The position numbers and the translations under genes were made by a program. The notes beneath the pieces were generated by a model that worked only from the letters and a program-made list of their open reading frames with translations, made no database searches and had not been told where the DNA came from. DNA of 49,060 nt from contig NC_134031.1 in the NCBI RefSeq assembly GCF_964204645.1, positions 21,574,217-21,623,276 on the forward strand. Direction: 5' to 3'. This DNA is from Tubulanus polymorphus. Taxonomy: Eukaryota; Animalia; Nemertea. Of this stretch, positions 33,471 through 47,211 are shown piece by piece (the first letter of the stretch is position 1; each line of letters begins with the position of its first letter).

Positions 33471-36400
33471 AATATAGCTGCAAAGCAGCGATAACGGGTT
33501 TTCTGAGCAGGCGTGCTATTCATTGTTTGAAAAGTGGATAATAGAAATATATCAATACGGGATACGCATTTGATGTGTCAAGTCACACCAATGCGGTTTA
33601 ACATAACATAATTTTTAGTTATAGTCAAATTGGGGGTTGCTCGGGTCGTTTAGTTGTCTGCGGGGTCGATTAGATTGGTTACCCGTCTGTAACATTGGTT
33701 ACGGAAACGACTCGTCAGCTTGATGAGTTGTATGTATTATGATTGTGCGCCACCTGCATTTTCCAAAATAATGTTCATATAATTATTTGAAGGGAGGATT
33801 GAAATCAATTATCAACGTACATCTGAATATGTAATAGTCCTTAGTAACTTTCTGTTGCAGAGGGCATAGAAAAGATTTTGAAATTATTTAATTAAAATAT
33901 AAATTTTATTTACGAAAAATAAACTATTATGGTCAGTACAAATTGAAAATTCATAGTGTATTTTTAAGAACAAGCTTACATAGCTTACAGAAAACATCAC
34001 GTACATTTGAATTTTATAAGTGATGGGTAAAAATCAACGTGTGACAGAAAAAAATGTAGTTAATTATTTAACAATATCGAAATATGTGCCCTTTTTTTAA
34101 ACTAATGGAGTGATACGCAGTTAATCACATGGCCCGTATTAAAAGATAGAACATACAAGTTGGATATTTATAAGTCGAAACATGTGAACAGAAACTAAAA
34201 CTTTGATGTCAGTGACCAGAGTATGGAATTACACAACGACAATTGGCTTTAAACTCAACAAACATTATTAAAGAATGTTTCAAACAAAATGCTTTATATA
34301 ACGACATGAATAAACTTGTTTTACAAAACAAGAAAGTACATTTTGAACTTTTGAATGGTCGAATCCCATTTATTAACAGTAACCTGTGATGTGGCGATTC
34401 TCGGAGCCATCCTTCTTGATGACGTCACTAACAAGTGGTCACGGCCGTACGCGTGCACTCATTTCTTTGAAAATCGGAGCGGGACCTGGTGACGCTGCGC
34501 CCCGCCCCCTTCGCGCTGAGAAATATCTTATTCCCAGTCAGCAAAGACAGGTTCTAAAGATCATAGAGTGCATCGCTGGAGGGTTTCCGATCCATATAAT
34601 TGAATTTGAATTGGTGCGCGGTGGCGCTCTCAATGCGGAAGTTTTTGTCATTCCGAATTTTTCAGTCGGCGACGGACGTTTATCGTTGTAAGTGATGTAA
34701 TATGTAAAAAATACAGGGAAACCTATCTCAATTTGTTTCTAGCGATGCAGCGGAACTAATAAGGAACATTTTGATATATAACATGACCATAGTACACTAT
34801 CCCTGATGGAATAATAAGCTCCACTCGACAAACTCGTTCCCGTGCATTTTTATCTCTGTTTCAGCACACACACAGCCCCTCTACCATCAATGCCTAACCC
34901 CTGTTCGACCAACTGTGGTCGTTTTCCTTTATAACATATGCCTAATTGTAAAAGATAAGCATTAATCTAAGTTAATGCTGCATCTTTATCATGAAACCTA
35001 AGAAAGATTATTCTATTATTTAGGCCTATTCAAAGTTTCTGTCCACTACAACGTGGAAAAGAGACCCAGTCAAAATTGTGCATCATGCTTTGACGAAGAA
35101 ATTGGTTCTAGGCTATAAATTTTACGACTCAAACGAATCTTTTCCTCAACAAAGCCGCTTTTAGTTTGATGCAAAATGTCATTTGCTTTTAAAATGTGTA
35201 ACTAGGCCTAATCAAAAGGATATTTCAAAAGCAAAATTTGCCGGGCCAAGAGCCATATTGAATTCAATTTTTTCCGAACCATTATGCCTCTTTCATCATA
35301 ACATTATTTATCATATTTCAAGATCTTAGGCCTACAAGTAGAGAGAGGGCCTACGACACGTTGGGTTCAGAACGGAATTTTAAGATTTATTTCATTTAAT
35401 TCCAGGTTTTCACTGTAGATTATCAAAGACATGTGGCGTTGTGGGAGTTCATAGTTGTTTGATAATCCATCATTTGTAAGTGTAAGGCTATTTGAGGGAT
35501 TCGAAACCGACATTTTGTAAATTTTGTAGCTTTATTACGTTTAATTCCAGATGTTTATCATGACACGTTTCATTATGGGGGTTTGTCAGCGAGTCGGTAT
35601 GCTGTCGGCAGAAGTAGTTTGAAGAAGTTAATTTTTTAGTTGTATTTTGTTTGATTCTAGGTGAATAGGACATGATTCATTTTGGGAGTTTGTCCGCGAG
35701 TTTGTATACTGTCAAATGAAGTTTCTTCGTCAATTTGTCGTATGTAAGTATCAATCTATAGGTTATATATTAGGGGTTCCATACAGAAATTTGGTGAATT
35801 CCTCAGATTTATTTTAATTCATTCCAGGTTGTCATCAGAGAAATATGTACTTTATTTCATAGGTTGGTCTTTGATTGAAAACTAAAAATGGATGATAGTT
35901 CTAAATTTGATGTTGATTCACATGACCAATCTAGCAAGTATTGCTCACTTGTCTTTTAGAATAAGAGACCTATTGCATTAATCCTTCAATTCAAGTTGCT
36001 ATACAACCTTTTATACAGATATTTACTTTATCAATATAAACATGTATTTGCCACTAGCCATACAATTCAGTAAAACTTTTCCCGTCCAGATTTTGAAACA
36101 TCATTTGACTCAATTTTTCCTCCTAGCAAATTGCTTTAGCTCATTCCAATGTTCGCAGTAAAAGTGAATTGTAGCATGTATGATTCCCATCCATCAATTT
36201 TGTCTTGTTTCGTTTTTTTAGCGAAAATCTCGAAAAAGTCGTGACGTCGAGGCAGGTGGTGGCCAGAAAAAGATATATTCTTGGGAAATATTTAAAGACG
36301 CATGGCAAACACACTTATTGTTCACTTTTTTCCTATCCTTATTTTGAAATTGAAGTATTTTAATAAACTATTGATTTATTTTTGTTGATCAACGCATCTA

Positions 36401-38959
36401 GTTTTGTTGTTTTCTTTCTTAATTTACATTTGAATTGGATGGTCATCTTGCGTAGGAGTCAGTTTGTCATCGAAGCAATAGTATAACTTGTTGACGTCTC
36501 GGATGCAGCGGGGCAGGGCGGTCATTATATTGTGGACTTATCCAAATTACACTTACACAGCCCAACGTGTTTCAGTGTGTAAATTCCGTCGTACTCTGCA
36601 TTATAAGACAGTGAGGAATTGAGTTTTAGTCACCTGAGCCCTCGGCTTGATTCGACCAAAAAGACCTTAACTGACTTCATAGAATTTGATTATGAGTCAA
36701 GGATTTTCTAAATTTCTGAATGCTTTCTCTGGTTTTAAGATCAATTCAAATTCAATCTTCAAAATATTTTATTGAAAGAAATTCTACTGACGACAGATTT
36801 TGAAATGAAGGATATATCCAGGCAAATAATTACAGCAAAATTAACTGATGATCATCAAGGTGAAGTTTTCATTCATCTTCGGCTAATTTGTCTACCCCTG
36901 ATGATTGAAGCATTTTGGTTACTCGCGCCAATTAGTCAGCCACAGTCGATTTTCATGCCATCTGACCTCTTTCCATCTGTAATTAAGCAATCAAATGTAA
37001 GAATTACTTAGGTAAGGAGCGAAATAATATACAGATATCTTAGGAGGCTATCTGTAATCATGAGTTTGTTGTGAAAATCTATTACTCCAGTCTCGTAGAG
37101 CATAGACACCAAGCCACGTGGCATTGGTATTTTAAGGGCTATTCAGTTTACTCCAAAACAAGTCAATGATTAACATTAAAAAAGCTTCATATCAAGGGTA
37201 TGTCTCAGGACTCGTGACGCCCATGAATTATCATCCCATAATTACAATGAATCCAATTCTGCATGTACGTTAGCACGACTGATTACTAATCCAAATATTG
37301 CATAACAAAAAAAACAATTACGCAAAACGTCAAGTACTTACAGCATCTGAGACAGTTCGATTCAGTTAGAGTGTTAAGTTACGTCTTTGGCTGTCAATGT
37401 CGAAAAAGCCTAATTTGAAACATACATTTGCGCACTGTGGTTTAATATTCCTGCAAGAATCCGCAAAGGAATTGAAGACCGTAGTGACCAGTTCATTCCA
37501 CGAATAATAGCTGGAAAGAAGGTAATCAAAATAAATTGTCATGCACATTCAGTGTAAACCAGGCCGTAACTAGCTGCTATTAAGGCATTCCACTGACTGG
37601 TTCTACCCATTATATTTAGGGCCTAAATCTATTCTAGGTGCATCCCCCAAAAAGCTAGGCATTAAGTAAGTAGCCAACAATGATCATTGCTTCACCGAGT
37701 AGGCCTACTCATTTGCTACCATACTCATATTATTAAAGAAATCATTTAATACATTCCCTGGTTAACGGATTCTCACCTTAAAATACATAAACTCCGCTGT
37801 CGTTGTCATCGACCCGAGTCGTCACAGAACGCGTAAAATTCCGTGTGAAAATTCCTACAATTTCTGTCCATATCACGTTGATTTGAGCCAGAAATCTCAG
37901 GAAATGTAGCCAACGTAACCAACGTAAATTGATTTACGAATAGAATTAATCAATTGACTCATTTTAGAAATCATGGTTTCGTGAAATTCATTAAAGTCCT
38001 AAAACTGCTAGATCGAGGGACTAGATGAGTGAATCTGTGCATCTATAGTGTAGGAGTATGTAGTCGAGCCTCGTTAATGCGATCCGGTTTTCAACGGAAG
38101 CATCAGTAATACGATGGGTTAAGAGATTCGGGAAATCTTTCTGGTAGTAATTTTCTATAGAAGTGTTTGCTTAGTACGATCACGTTAATCCGGGACTCGC
38201 TGGGTGTAGCGATTCCTTTTATTTCCTTTTTAGTATCGTGCTAGCGGCGTTCGACTATTTTATCACTTTTTGATCCTTTTCTTCTTTTTCCTCACGCGGG
38301 ACGCGTGAAAGCTGGGAGGGGGTGGTGTTGCGGAAATTCCCCTGTGATTGCACCGAGAGCGCCAAATTCAAAATCAATTTCCTTTAATCGCCATAGATAG
38401 CGTCACGAAATAATCGCCACAGATAGCGTCATAATGTCATAATGTTATAACTACTTTATCAAACGTTAATCATCCGTCTTGTTCCTTTATGGCTGTTATA
38501 TATCCGGGCCAAATTTCCAGTTTATGCTGCGGCACGATATCGCGTCCGGTCGAGTTGTGTTCGGTTAAGGATTTCACCCAGACTATGTTCTTACCGAGTT
38601 TTAAACTATCCGGGGAATCACGCTTCCGCAGTTGTTATACCGCGTGAGGAATAGAATCCTTATTTCTTGAATCTTCTTATACTAGACCATTTTAGTCGTC
38701 AAATTATATTGTGAAATAGAATTCCGATCTGAAGGCCGAGTCGCCCAGATTTTCGGTCCGGTTCAATTCGGCACTCCGCGGTGCGGTCCCGTCGGGTGCT
38801 CCCTCTTCTGGCGGTTATTTTTCAACTATTCGAACGATAAATCCATTCACGGGTAATAAATCCCTCTTTTTTTAAGATTTAATGCTCGGTTCAGGCCGGA
38901 ATTCTTATTAACTAATTTATGATGGAAAAGTTAGATCGAGCGTCGTTGTTGAGAAACTT

Positions 38960-39080
38960 AATCACGCGTGATCGTGACGTCACGCCGTACCACGTGATTT
39001 TCAACCTATTGGAGCGTAGCGGGGACAAAGGCGGGTAGCCAATCAGGATAACGCGGGGACAATGAGCCCTATATAAGGCG
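38960..39080 (+). promoter_or_regulatory. Pol II promoter-like cluster, probably part of another LTR-like repeat
   Basis: GTGACGTCAC (38974), CACGTG, GCCAATCA (39038) and TATATAA (39070) in canonical order within CpG-rich sequence. Confidence 0.4.
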
Positions 39081-39837
39081 GGCAGCGCGCTAGTTTGGGA
39101 TTCTGACCTGAGCGTCGACCACTCGCATGGTTCAATTTAGCTCTCTCTAACCAACGAATACTATATTCCAAGTTACGATGTAAGCGCTACCTCTTACGTC
39201 CCGATAGGGACCCCCCGTCTTAGGGGATGTGATCACTTGTTACTACAGTTAAGATAGTTGATATATTATTATCATTGCCTTGCCGCGGCCTTGATTGCCC
39301 GGTTTTTGCGATTACCGCCATGTTCTTTTATCCAAATTCCTTATCCTAATCTATCATTATTAGAATGTCTTATCAAGGGTTGCTCCTAATGACGACCTTG
39401 TAATTTCAAACTAAGTGGAATGTCCCGGGTGGGTGGATTTCGGCGACGGTGGCTGCTGTTCGGTAGATGTCCTCGCAGTATCGGTTTGCCTTCAGCCGAT
39501 GGTACTAGATGGAAGACGATGGCTACTGGTGTGGATGGTACAGCCGCCCTGAGGGACTTGCCGGTGTAAGATGAGGCTTGGTGTGGAAGATTCAACCGCT
39601 GACGGGAATGGTTCATTGGTCCGTGGAACGACGAAGAATGAAGCAGTGTCTACGCAATCCACCGAAAGATGTCCGATGGGATTCTGCAAAGACTGCAGGC
39701 TGGCCGGGTACCGACCCTGACCGACCCTGTCACTGGACCCACCCCCCCCCTCTTACCTTAATCCTTCCTTTGTTATTCGGGGCTTTTCCGTCCTATATCT
39801 CGTATAGTATTATCGATCGACGATCGACTGTTTTAGT

Positions 39838-41857
39838 TGTAGCGGAAATTCGTTTCACTTCGTTCTGTTCTTTTTATTTTTCACCTGCAGAGTCCTCCCC
39901 AGCTCAGTCTAAAATTCATATTAAATTCCTATTAAAAGTTTGTATGATGTAAAATAAAACCTTATTATGTATTTGTAACTCTGAGACAAGAATGTTTAAT
40001 GCTTTGGACTTCGGTCTGGTGGATTAGAAACTATTTTTATTTCTATCTTAATGAAATATTGTATGATTTAATCTGAATTCAAAAACTGTACCTAAAGACC
40101 TTTTCTATGTGTTCGGGTCACTCCCGGTTTGTATTTTTCGAGTTAATGTGCCTTAATCGATGTTCCCGTGCTTAAATCGATATTTTTATGCTGTGCTCTG
40201 TGCCCGAGATGGCGCCACTATACGGTTCTTAATTATATTGTGTGCTCGGGGTGCTTTGTTTTAACCAATTAGATAAGGGTACGTCATAATCTGGGCTCTA
40301 TAAAAGGCAAAAATGTGCTTTATTAATTAGTCTCGGTGCACATTCTTAGGTGTGTATTACTAAGATTTTGAACTATGGGGGGAGGGATTAATCTAATTTT
40401 CTTAGTAAGTCATACTTAGCACTGATTCTCTTTAAGTATTTCTTGGTCCTTATTCTCAAAGTTGTTTTTCTTCAAAGATGTTTTCGGAAAACAATCTTTC
40501 AGGGTTCAAGGAGGTTTTCTCCTTCGAATTATTCCCCGAAAGTATTCTTCTTTCCGATTTCCTCTCTTGGTTTTTCCCTCAACTTTTGAGTTTTCGGAGT
40601 AGTGACCATCTCTTACATAAACATAATAGGAAGAATGATTAAATAAATACTTAACTGGAACTATGATTAAATATAGCGAAAATTCTTATCTTTATTAAGA
40701 GCACTTAGAGTTACATCTTCTTTAGCGTAAAACGAGCGCAGGGTTTAAGTAACTATTGTTGAGTCGTAATGTTAGAATATCTGAAATCTTTATTCCTAAT
40801 ACTATTGAATTCTGGTGCGAGTCGTGCACTTGTATTAAGGGCAATATGCCCTTGTTAATCTCCTCCTTTGGTGGCCGGTTGGCCATCTTATCTACCTTAA
40901 ATGTTGTAAATAAGAGATAACCTCGAGGTTGTGTATATATTGTTCATTGTTCGAATATTTCCAAGAAATAATAAATAGTATTCAAGAGAATATTATCATA
41001 TACATAAAATTCTAAATCTTTGCCTTTTTCCCTAAACTATTTTTTTTTGTGTCGGATTTACTATCAATTGAGGAAAGGATTTTCTTGTGCATTTTTGGGA
41101 TTCTGTGACACCATAAAATATTCTTGAAGAATCTTGTGGGTTGGAGAGTTTAGGGCATCATGTAAGTCTTCAAAAAGGGGAAGCATTGAGGGCACCCTCT
41201 AGTGGGAGAGGCCAAATATTGGTGAATGCTCCTCGTTTTATTTAGTTGGTATCTATTATTCTTTTTGAAGCTAAACGCCTGATCAGGTCGGCTGTGGAGG
41301 CTGGAAATACTTGTAGCGCTGGACGCAGTCCTGTATTTCCTCCTCAGTCGGAGAGAAAGCTAGGGGATTTTTATTTTATTTGACTCATTCATGATTCTTC
41401 TATTAATTCTTTTGGTCACAGTTTTTCATAAATGCACACGCCTTTTTCATGGGTGATTTGTGAGGACATTCAGTCACCCGTGTTACAATTATGACTTATC
41501 ACTGAGAATTAGGACTCCTTTAAGTATTCTCACTCACCAGAGGAAGACTTGGCCTTATTTTTGCGCGTTAAATCTCATGGAGGAAAACAAGAGAATTTTC
41601 CCCTTCTAGCTTCTCTACTTCCCAGATGCTAGTGACGTGAGCGAACCCTAGAAGCGACGCCTATATGCAACTTTTTCCTTAAATGTATAGGATTATAGAA
41701 AGAGAGAGAGAGAGAGTTACCTGTATTCCCTCTTGGTCAAGGAAATTCCGAGAGTTGAGACCTTAGACTTGACATTATGAATTTTAACGGAAACGGAAGT
41801 AGATTTTTGTAGTCACTTGCCAGAGCACGCTACCCCGGATCCCGGTATTCCGCTTCA
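39838..41857 (+). repeat. 5' LTR (2020 bp)
   Basis: TGTAGCGGAA...TTCCGCTTCA; first ~990 bp repeated at 48073-49060 with roughly 20 differences by eye; TATAAAA at ~40298. Confidence 0.93.
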
Positions 41858-41859
41858 AA

Positions 41860-41877
41860 TGGTGGCAGCGGTGGGAT
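41860..41877 (+). other. Primer binding site, tRNA-Leu
   Basis: TGGTGGCAGCGGTGGGAT, complementary to the 3' end of metazoan tRNA-Leu (…ATCCCACCGCTGCCACCA), 2 nt after the LTR. Confidence 0.88.
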
Positions 41878-42158
41878 TTTCTTCGATATAAGCACATACG
41901 TGCATTATTACTATTTTTTTTTTATCGATACGTTGTAGAGGTTTAGCCTCCCTTGGTGAGTGAGTCTCCGTAGAGTAATATAATCCGACACCCTCCCTTT
42001 TCTCTTATCATTTGAACTACATTAAACTATAACGGTTAGGTCAGGAAGTTTAGTTAGGTAGAAACCACAGCAGAGTTTGTTTATCGTTTTTCCGTGATAA
42101 AACTTTCTTTCATTCTTTTCATAGCGTATTTGTCTGTGAGTCTTTCGTGTGAATAAGA

Positions 42159-43133
42159 ATGAGTCGTCCGGCTACCCGCTCCATAACTAGATCTCTTGAT
42201 AGAAGTAGAAGTGCTGAAGATATTCGCCATTTAGCCGAAGCCAGGGATGAACCGGGTATACAGAGTCTGTCTAGGGGTGACGGACCTGGTGTTAATTCCT
42301 CGGCGATGAATGTAGTATGTCCAAATGTTTCCTCCGAGGCCTACAATTATAAAATGAAACCTGAAAGTTATAATGGTGATACTAGCTGGTCTGATTACCG
42401 GTTAAGTTTTGAGACCGTTTCTCGTATTAACTCGTGGCCTGATCATGCAAAAGCCGATTATCTTTTTGCTTCACTTCGGGGTGCAGCTAGACAGTTGGTC
42501 TGTGCAAAACTTTCCTCAGGTGAAGCACTTAATTACTTTGAGATGTGCAAAGTTCTCGAATCAAGGTTCGGCAAAGGTGCCCATTCTCAGACCTATTTGG
42601 CTGAGCTCAAGAATCGCCGTCGTAAAAGACATGAATCCTTGCGAGAGTTGGGTCAATCTATTCTTGTTTCATGTGCACTTGCGTACCCAGATTTTCCGGG
42701 GGACCAACGCGAACAGATGGCGCGTATGCATTTTATTGAAGCTTTAGAGGATAAGGAAATGAGATTAAAACTGTGGCAAACCAACTACCAAAGCTTGGAC
42801 GAGCTTATTAGTTTCGCTCTACGAATAGAGGGTATTCAGCTTATGGAAAATGAGCGGGAGGATAGATCCAATATTCCTGTTTATCAGGTTCGCTCTTCCG
42901 CGGCTGCTAGAAATGATGAGATTACGCGCCTGCGTCAGGACTTTGAGAGGCTTAACGCTAATATCAGTAAAGTCGTGTCGCAACAAAATGACTATCCTGA
43001 GTACAGGTTCAAGCAGTGTTATCGATGTTTAAGATATTGCCATATAGCGCGCCATTGTAGGAACCCCCCTTCTTCTCATCCTCATAGAGAGAGTTTAAAC
43101 GAGAAGCGGCTGGTCCAACAGGGGAAAGATTAG
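42159..43133 (+). CDS. gag: Gag
   Basis: KPESYNGDTSWSDY capsid motif, RRRKRHESLREL, CCHC knuckle CYRCLRYCHIARHC. Confidence 0.9.
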   Translation: MSRPATRSITRSLDRSRSAEDIRHLAEARDEPGIQSLSRGDGPGVNSSAMNVVCPNVSSEAYNYKMKPESYNGDTSWSDYRLSFETVSRINSWPDHAKADYLFASLRGAARQLVCAKLSSGEALNYFEMCKVLESRFGKGAHSQTYLAELKNRRRKRHESLRELGQSILVSCALAYPDFPGDQREQMARMHFIEALEDKEMRLKLWQTNYQSLDELISFALRIEGIQLMENEREDRSNIPVYQVRSSAAARNDEITRLRQDFERLNANISKVVSQQNDYPEYRFKQCYRCLRYCHIARHCRNPPSSHPHRESLNEKRLVQQGKD

Positions 43134-46100
43134 CTGACTTTGGTGTGTCCCTTTCAAAAGTAGTTCCTTCGGTTAAATCGGATATCAACTTACCTAGTTC
43201 CATGTATATTCCTGCCTCGATTTGGGGAGTTCAGGTCAAATATCTTGTAGATACTGGAGCTCACGTAACTATTCTTAGCCGTCATGTCTATTCTTAACTT
43301 AGAGACAAAATTAAACTGTGTAATTCTAGTGTAAATTTAAGAGCAGCTGATAATCTTCCAATCAAGGTTTTAGGATCCGCCGTCATACCTATAGGTTTAT
43401 TCGACTCCAGTATCACCTGGGAAGTCGTCGTGGCGGACATCAAAGATGACGCCATTCTCGGAATGGATTTCTTGTCAGCATATGACTGTCATCTTCACCC
43501 TAGGCATCAGACAATCACGTGCCAGGGTCATCAGATCAGTGTTGAAAATTCTCCTTCTAATCCTGTGTTAGTAAGAAGTATGGATAAAATCAAGGTTCCC
43601 CTCTAACGGAGGTAATCATTCCTTGTTATAAGAGAGGTTCTCATTCATTGGCCAAATGGGCTATTGTTGAATCTAATCATAATTGGAAATTAGGTATTGA
43701 TCTTTGTGTAGCTCGAAGCATAATTGATACTGATTGTGAAGCGATCCCTGTCAGGGTGGTCAATTTAAGTGATTCTTCACGTATCATTTATCAGAATTCC
43801 CCTCTCGCTACCCTCTCAGGAGTAAGAGCTGTATGGTCTGAATCCGATTCAGTGTCTAAGGTAGAAAGTACTAACCCGGAGAGTCTCAAGGATAAAAATC
43901 AAGCGGAGCCCGATCACCTCAAAGATCTTATAAAACGTAGTTGCGAGGGGTTGGATCCGATACAGTCCAATCAAGTTAAGAAACTGATTTTGAAATACTC
44001 CGATGTATTCGCTAAATCTGACTTGGATTTGGGAGAAGCCATGGGGGTTGAACACACTATTGACACGGGACATCTTCCGCCTATTAAACAGAAAGTTCGG
44101 CGGGTCCCTCAGGCTAAGCAACCTGAATTGAATTCATTATTAGGTAAAATGCAACAATCTAACGTGATTGAAAAGAGCAATTCTGGCTGGAATTCCAGTA
44201 TCGTACTAGTCACCAAGCCAGACGGTTCGCTCCGATTGGTTAATGATTTCCGAGATTTAAACCAACACACGGTTGCCGATGCCTATCCATTACCTAGAAT
44301 AGACGATACTATCCGATCTATGTCGGGTGCTGTTTTCTTTTGTCAGGCCGACCTACAGAGCGGCTATTGGCAAGTTAAATTATCAGAGAATGACCGTGGG
44401 AAGACTGCATTAGCTACCCCTCATGGGTTTTATCAATATCGTAAACTACCTATGGGATTGAAAAATTCTGCCGCTACTTTTGAGAGACTTATGGAAAGAG
44501 TTCTCGAGGGTCTTTTGAATGACATTGTTTTAGTTTATTTAGATGACATCATTGTTTATGGGCGTGATTTTGAGACCATGTTGACTAACCTTGAGAAAGT
44601 TTTTATTCGTCTTCGTTCAGCTAATTTGAAACTCAAGCCCAAAAAGTGTAATTTCTTCCGTCGTAGAGTTCAATTCCTTGGTCATGTTGTTTCTGACAAA
44701 GGTGTCTCCTGTTCGGAAGAGAAAATCAAAGCTATTAAAGATTGGGTTAGACCCTCTACTCAAACCGAGACTAGACAATTCCTCGGTTTGGCTAGCTATT
44801 ATAGGGCATTTTGTCCTAATTTTGCTTCCATAGCTAAGCCACTTCATTCCTTGACTGAGAAGTACAAGGTGTTCCTGTGGACTGAGGAGTGTGAGAATTC
44901 TTTCCTTAAACTTAAGGAGATGTTAATAACAGCGCCGGTACTAGCTTTTCCTGACCCTAAGCTTCCGTATATTCTGGACACGGATGCCAGTGGCTGGGGT
45001 ATAGGTGGCGTTTTGTCTCAACTGGACGAATCCGGTCGTGAGAGAGTCATTTTCTATGGCAGTAGAACCTTGAGTAAAACTGAGAGAAACTATTGTGTTA
45101 CGCGTCGAGAGTTACTAGCTGTGGTCGTTTTTGTGAAATTCTTCCGATATTATCTGGAAGGTCATAAGTTCACGGTCCGCACCGATCACTCCTCCCTCCG
45201 CTGGATGATGACCTTCAAAGAACCCGACGGGCAAACTGCCCGATGGCTGTCTCTCCTTTCGAGTTTCGAATTCGATATCGTACACCGTGAAGGGCGTAAG
45301 CACACTAACTGTGACGCTCTTTCTCGCACTAATTGTCCGCAGTGCCAGCGTATGGAAAGTAAATGCTCCGGTAGTAACGAGAAGCCAAACAAACTCAAAG
45401 ATCTCAGGGTCAATGCAATTTCTCCTGATACACTTCCTGAGGCTGAGTCCCATGTGGCTAAATTTCTTCCCTCTGACGAGTGGGAGCCACAAAATTTGGC
45501 TCAAGCCTGGTCCGAGATTTCTGCTCTTAGTCCTGCAGCCAAGTTCTATTGGGCTCGGTGGAATTCCATCACAGTAATTGATGGTGTTTTGCATATAACT
45601 AAGAAGAGAGAGGGATTCCCTGACTCTGTACTTACTCTTTTACCTCTCCAATATAGAAAAAGTGTGTTCGAAAATATTCATTCCTCTGTAACGTCCGCAC
45701 ATTTAGGTATTCGAAAGACTACATTCAGTATGCACCGACGTTTCTTCTGGCATTCTATTTTGTCAGACATTAAATCTTTCTGTCGTTGCTGTGAAGATTG
45801 TCAAGCTAGAAAGTCGTTATCTGAAAAGAGGGCCAAAGCAAAACTGATGTTATATAATGTAGGTGCTCCTCTTGAGAGAGTAGGAATCGATATCTTAGGT
45901 CCGTTACCTGAGTCCAGATCTGGTAATAGCTATATTGTGGTGGTTTGTGACTATTGCACAAAGTGGGCGGAAGCCTACCCTATTCCCAATCAAGAAGCCG
46001 AAACAGTGGCTGAGCAGCTTGTTACGAATTTCATTAGTCGATTTGGTGTCCCTAGATCCTTGCATTCGGATCGCGGACAAAACTTTCTTTCTTTCCAAGT

Positions 46101-46852
46101 TGATGACAGAGTTATGTGCCATTTTACACATTCGCAAGACCAACACTACTCCTTATAGACCCTCTTCTAATGGTCTCGTCGAGAGATTTAACAAGACGCT
46201 AGCTCAGAGTTTGAGAACTCGTGTGAATGAGAAACAGGATGACTGGGATGAGCACTTACATTTCATTACTATGGCTTTTCGAGCTACAGTACATGATGTG
46301 ACCGGATTCTCACCCAATTTTCTCATGTTCGGACGTGAAGTCGATATGCCGGTGGACCTTATATCTGGCCGTCCAGCGAACCAGGTGGCTTTTCCGTTTA
46401 CTCAGTATGTAGCTGAAATGAAGCGCGAGATAGAATCTGCATTTGAGATTGTCCGAATTAATATAGGAAAGAGAGGAAAGAGAAATAAACGGAACTACGA
46501 CTTACTTAGATCTGGATACGGTGTCGGGGATCAGGTATGGCTATTCCGTCCTGCTGTAGCGGTCGGCTGTAGTAGAAAGCTTTCGTCTTTCTGGAAGGGT
46601 CCATTCCCCGTCATCGAAGTAATTAATGACGTGGTATACAGGCTGTCGGTTCAGGGAAAGTCCGTTACAGCTCATTTTGATCGTCTCAAGCCGTATCATG
46701 CTGGTAACGTTTGTCCTCCTGAAATTAGAGACAAGAAAATGAGTGAAAGTAATTTTAGAAATTCTGACTTAACCCAGTCGGTGTATGATTCGTCAGATTC
46801 AGTTGTAACACGTTCGGGACGTCACATTAAGCGACCATCTCGATACAATTGA
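43094..46852 (+). pseudogene. pol: Pol (protease, RT, RNase H, integrase), disrupted
   Basis: LVDTGA and ILGMDFL (PR), YLDD (RT), DTDAS and TDHSSL (RH), HHCC plus GID/HSD/VERFN (INT), GPF motif; stop at ~43295, frameshifts at ~43600 and ~46090. Confidence 0.95.
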
Positions 46853-47211
46853 GATCTCTTTGTTGTTGTCTGTAAGGGTTAACCTTAGTGTTCCTAAGGG
46901 CCTGTTGGGTGCATTGATAATTTGTACTAATCATTGAATATGTATACATAGTAGTAATTAATCTTAAAAATTTTTCTGCTGTGGGTTTCTTATCTTTCTT
47001 GCGGTAATCTCGTGAGATGTAACTCGTTTATAGAGATGTATTCCTTCTTCCTTCTCTTGGAGGGGGTTTAAAACTATTCTCCACCCTTTTTCTGGCTAGG
47101 ATGCCACCTTATATACTCACTGACAAGTGGGTTCAATTCGGGTGAAGTTACTTAAGCTATATATATACATATGAACTTTGTTTTCTCTTTTTCTATACAT
47201 TTTCAGTGAAT

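Noticed and set aside
33043-33523. Repetitive hydrophobic ORFs
   Set aside because: Translations of the 60-bp tandem repeat.
33510-38040. Host exons or hammerhead ribozymes
   Set aside because: Only short motif-less ORFs; CTGATGA hits lack the paired GAAA core and stems.
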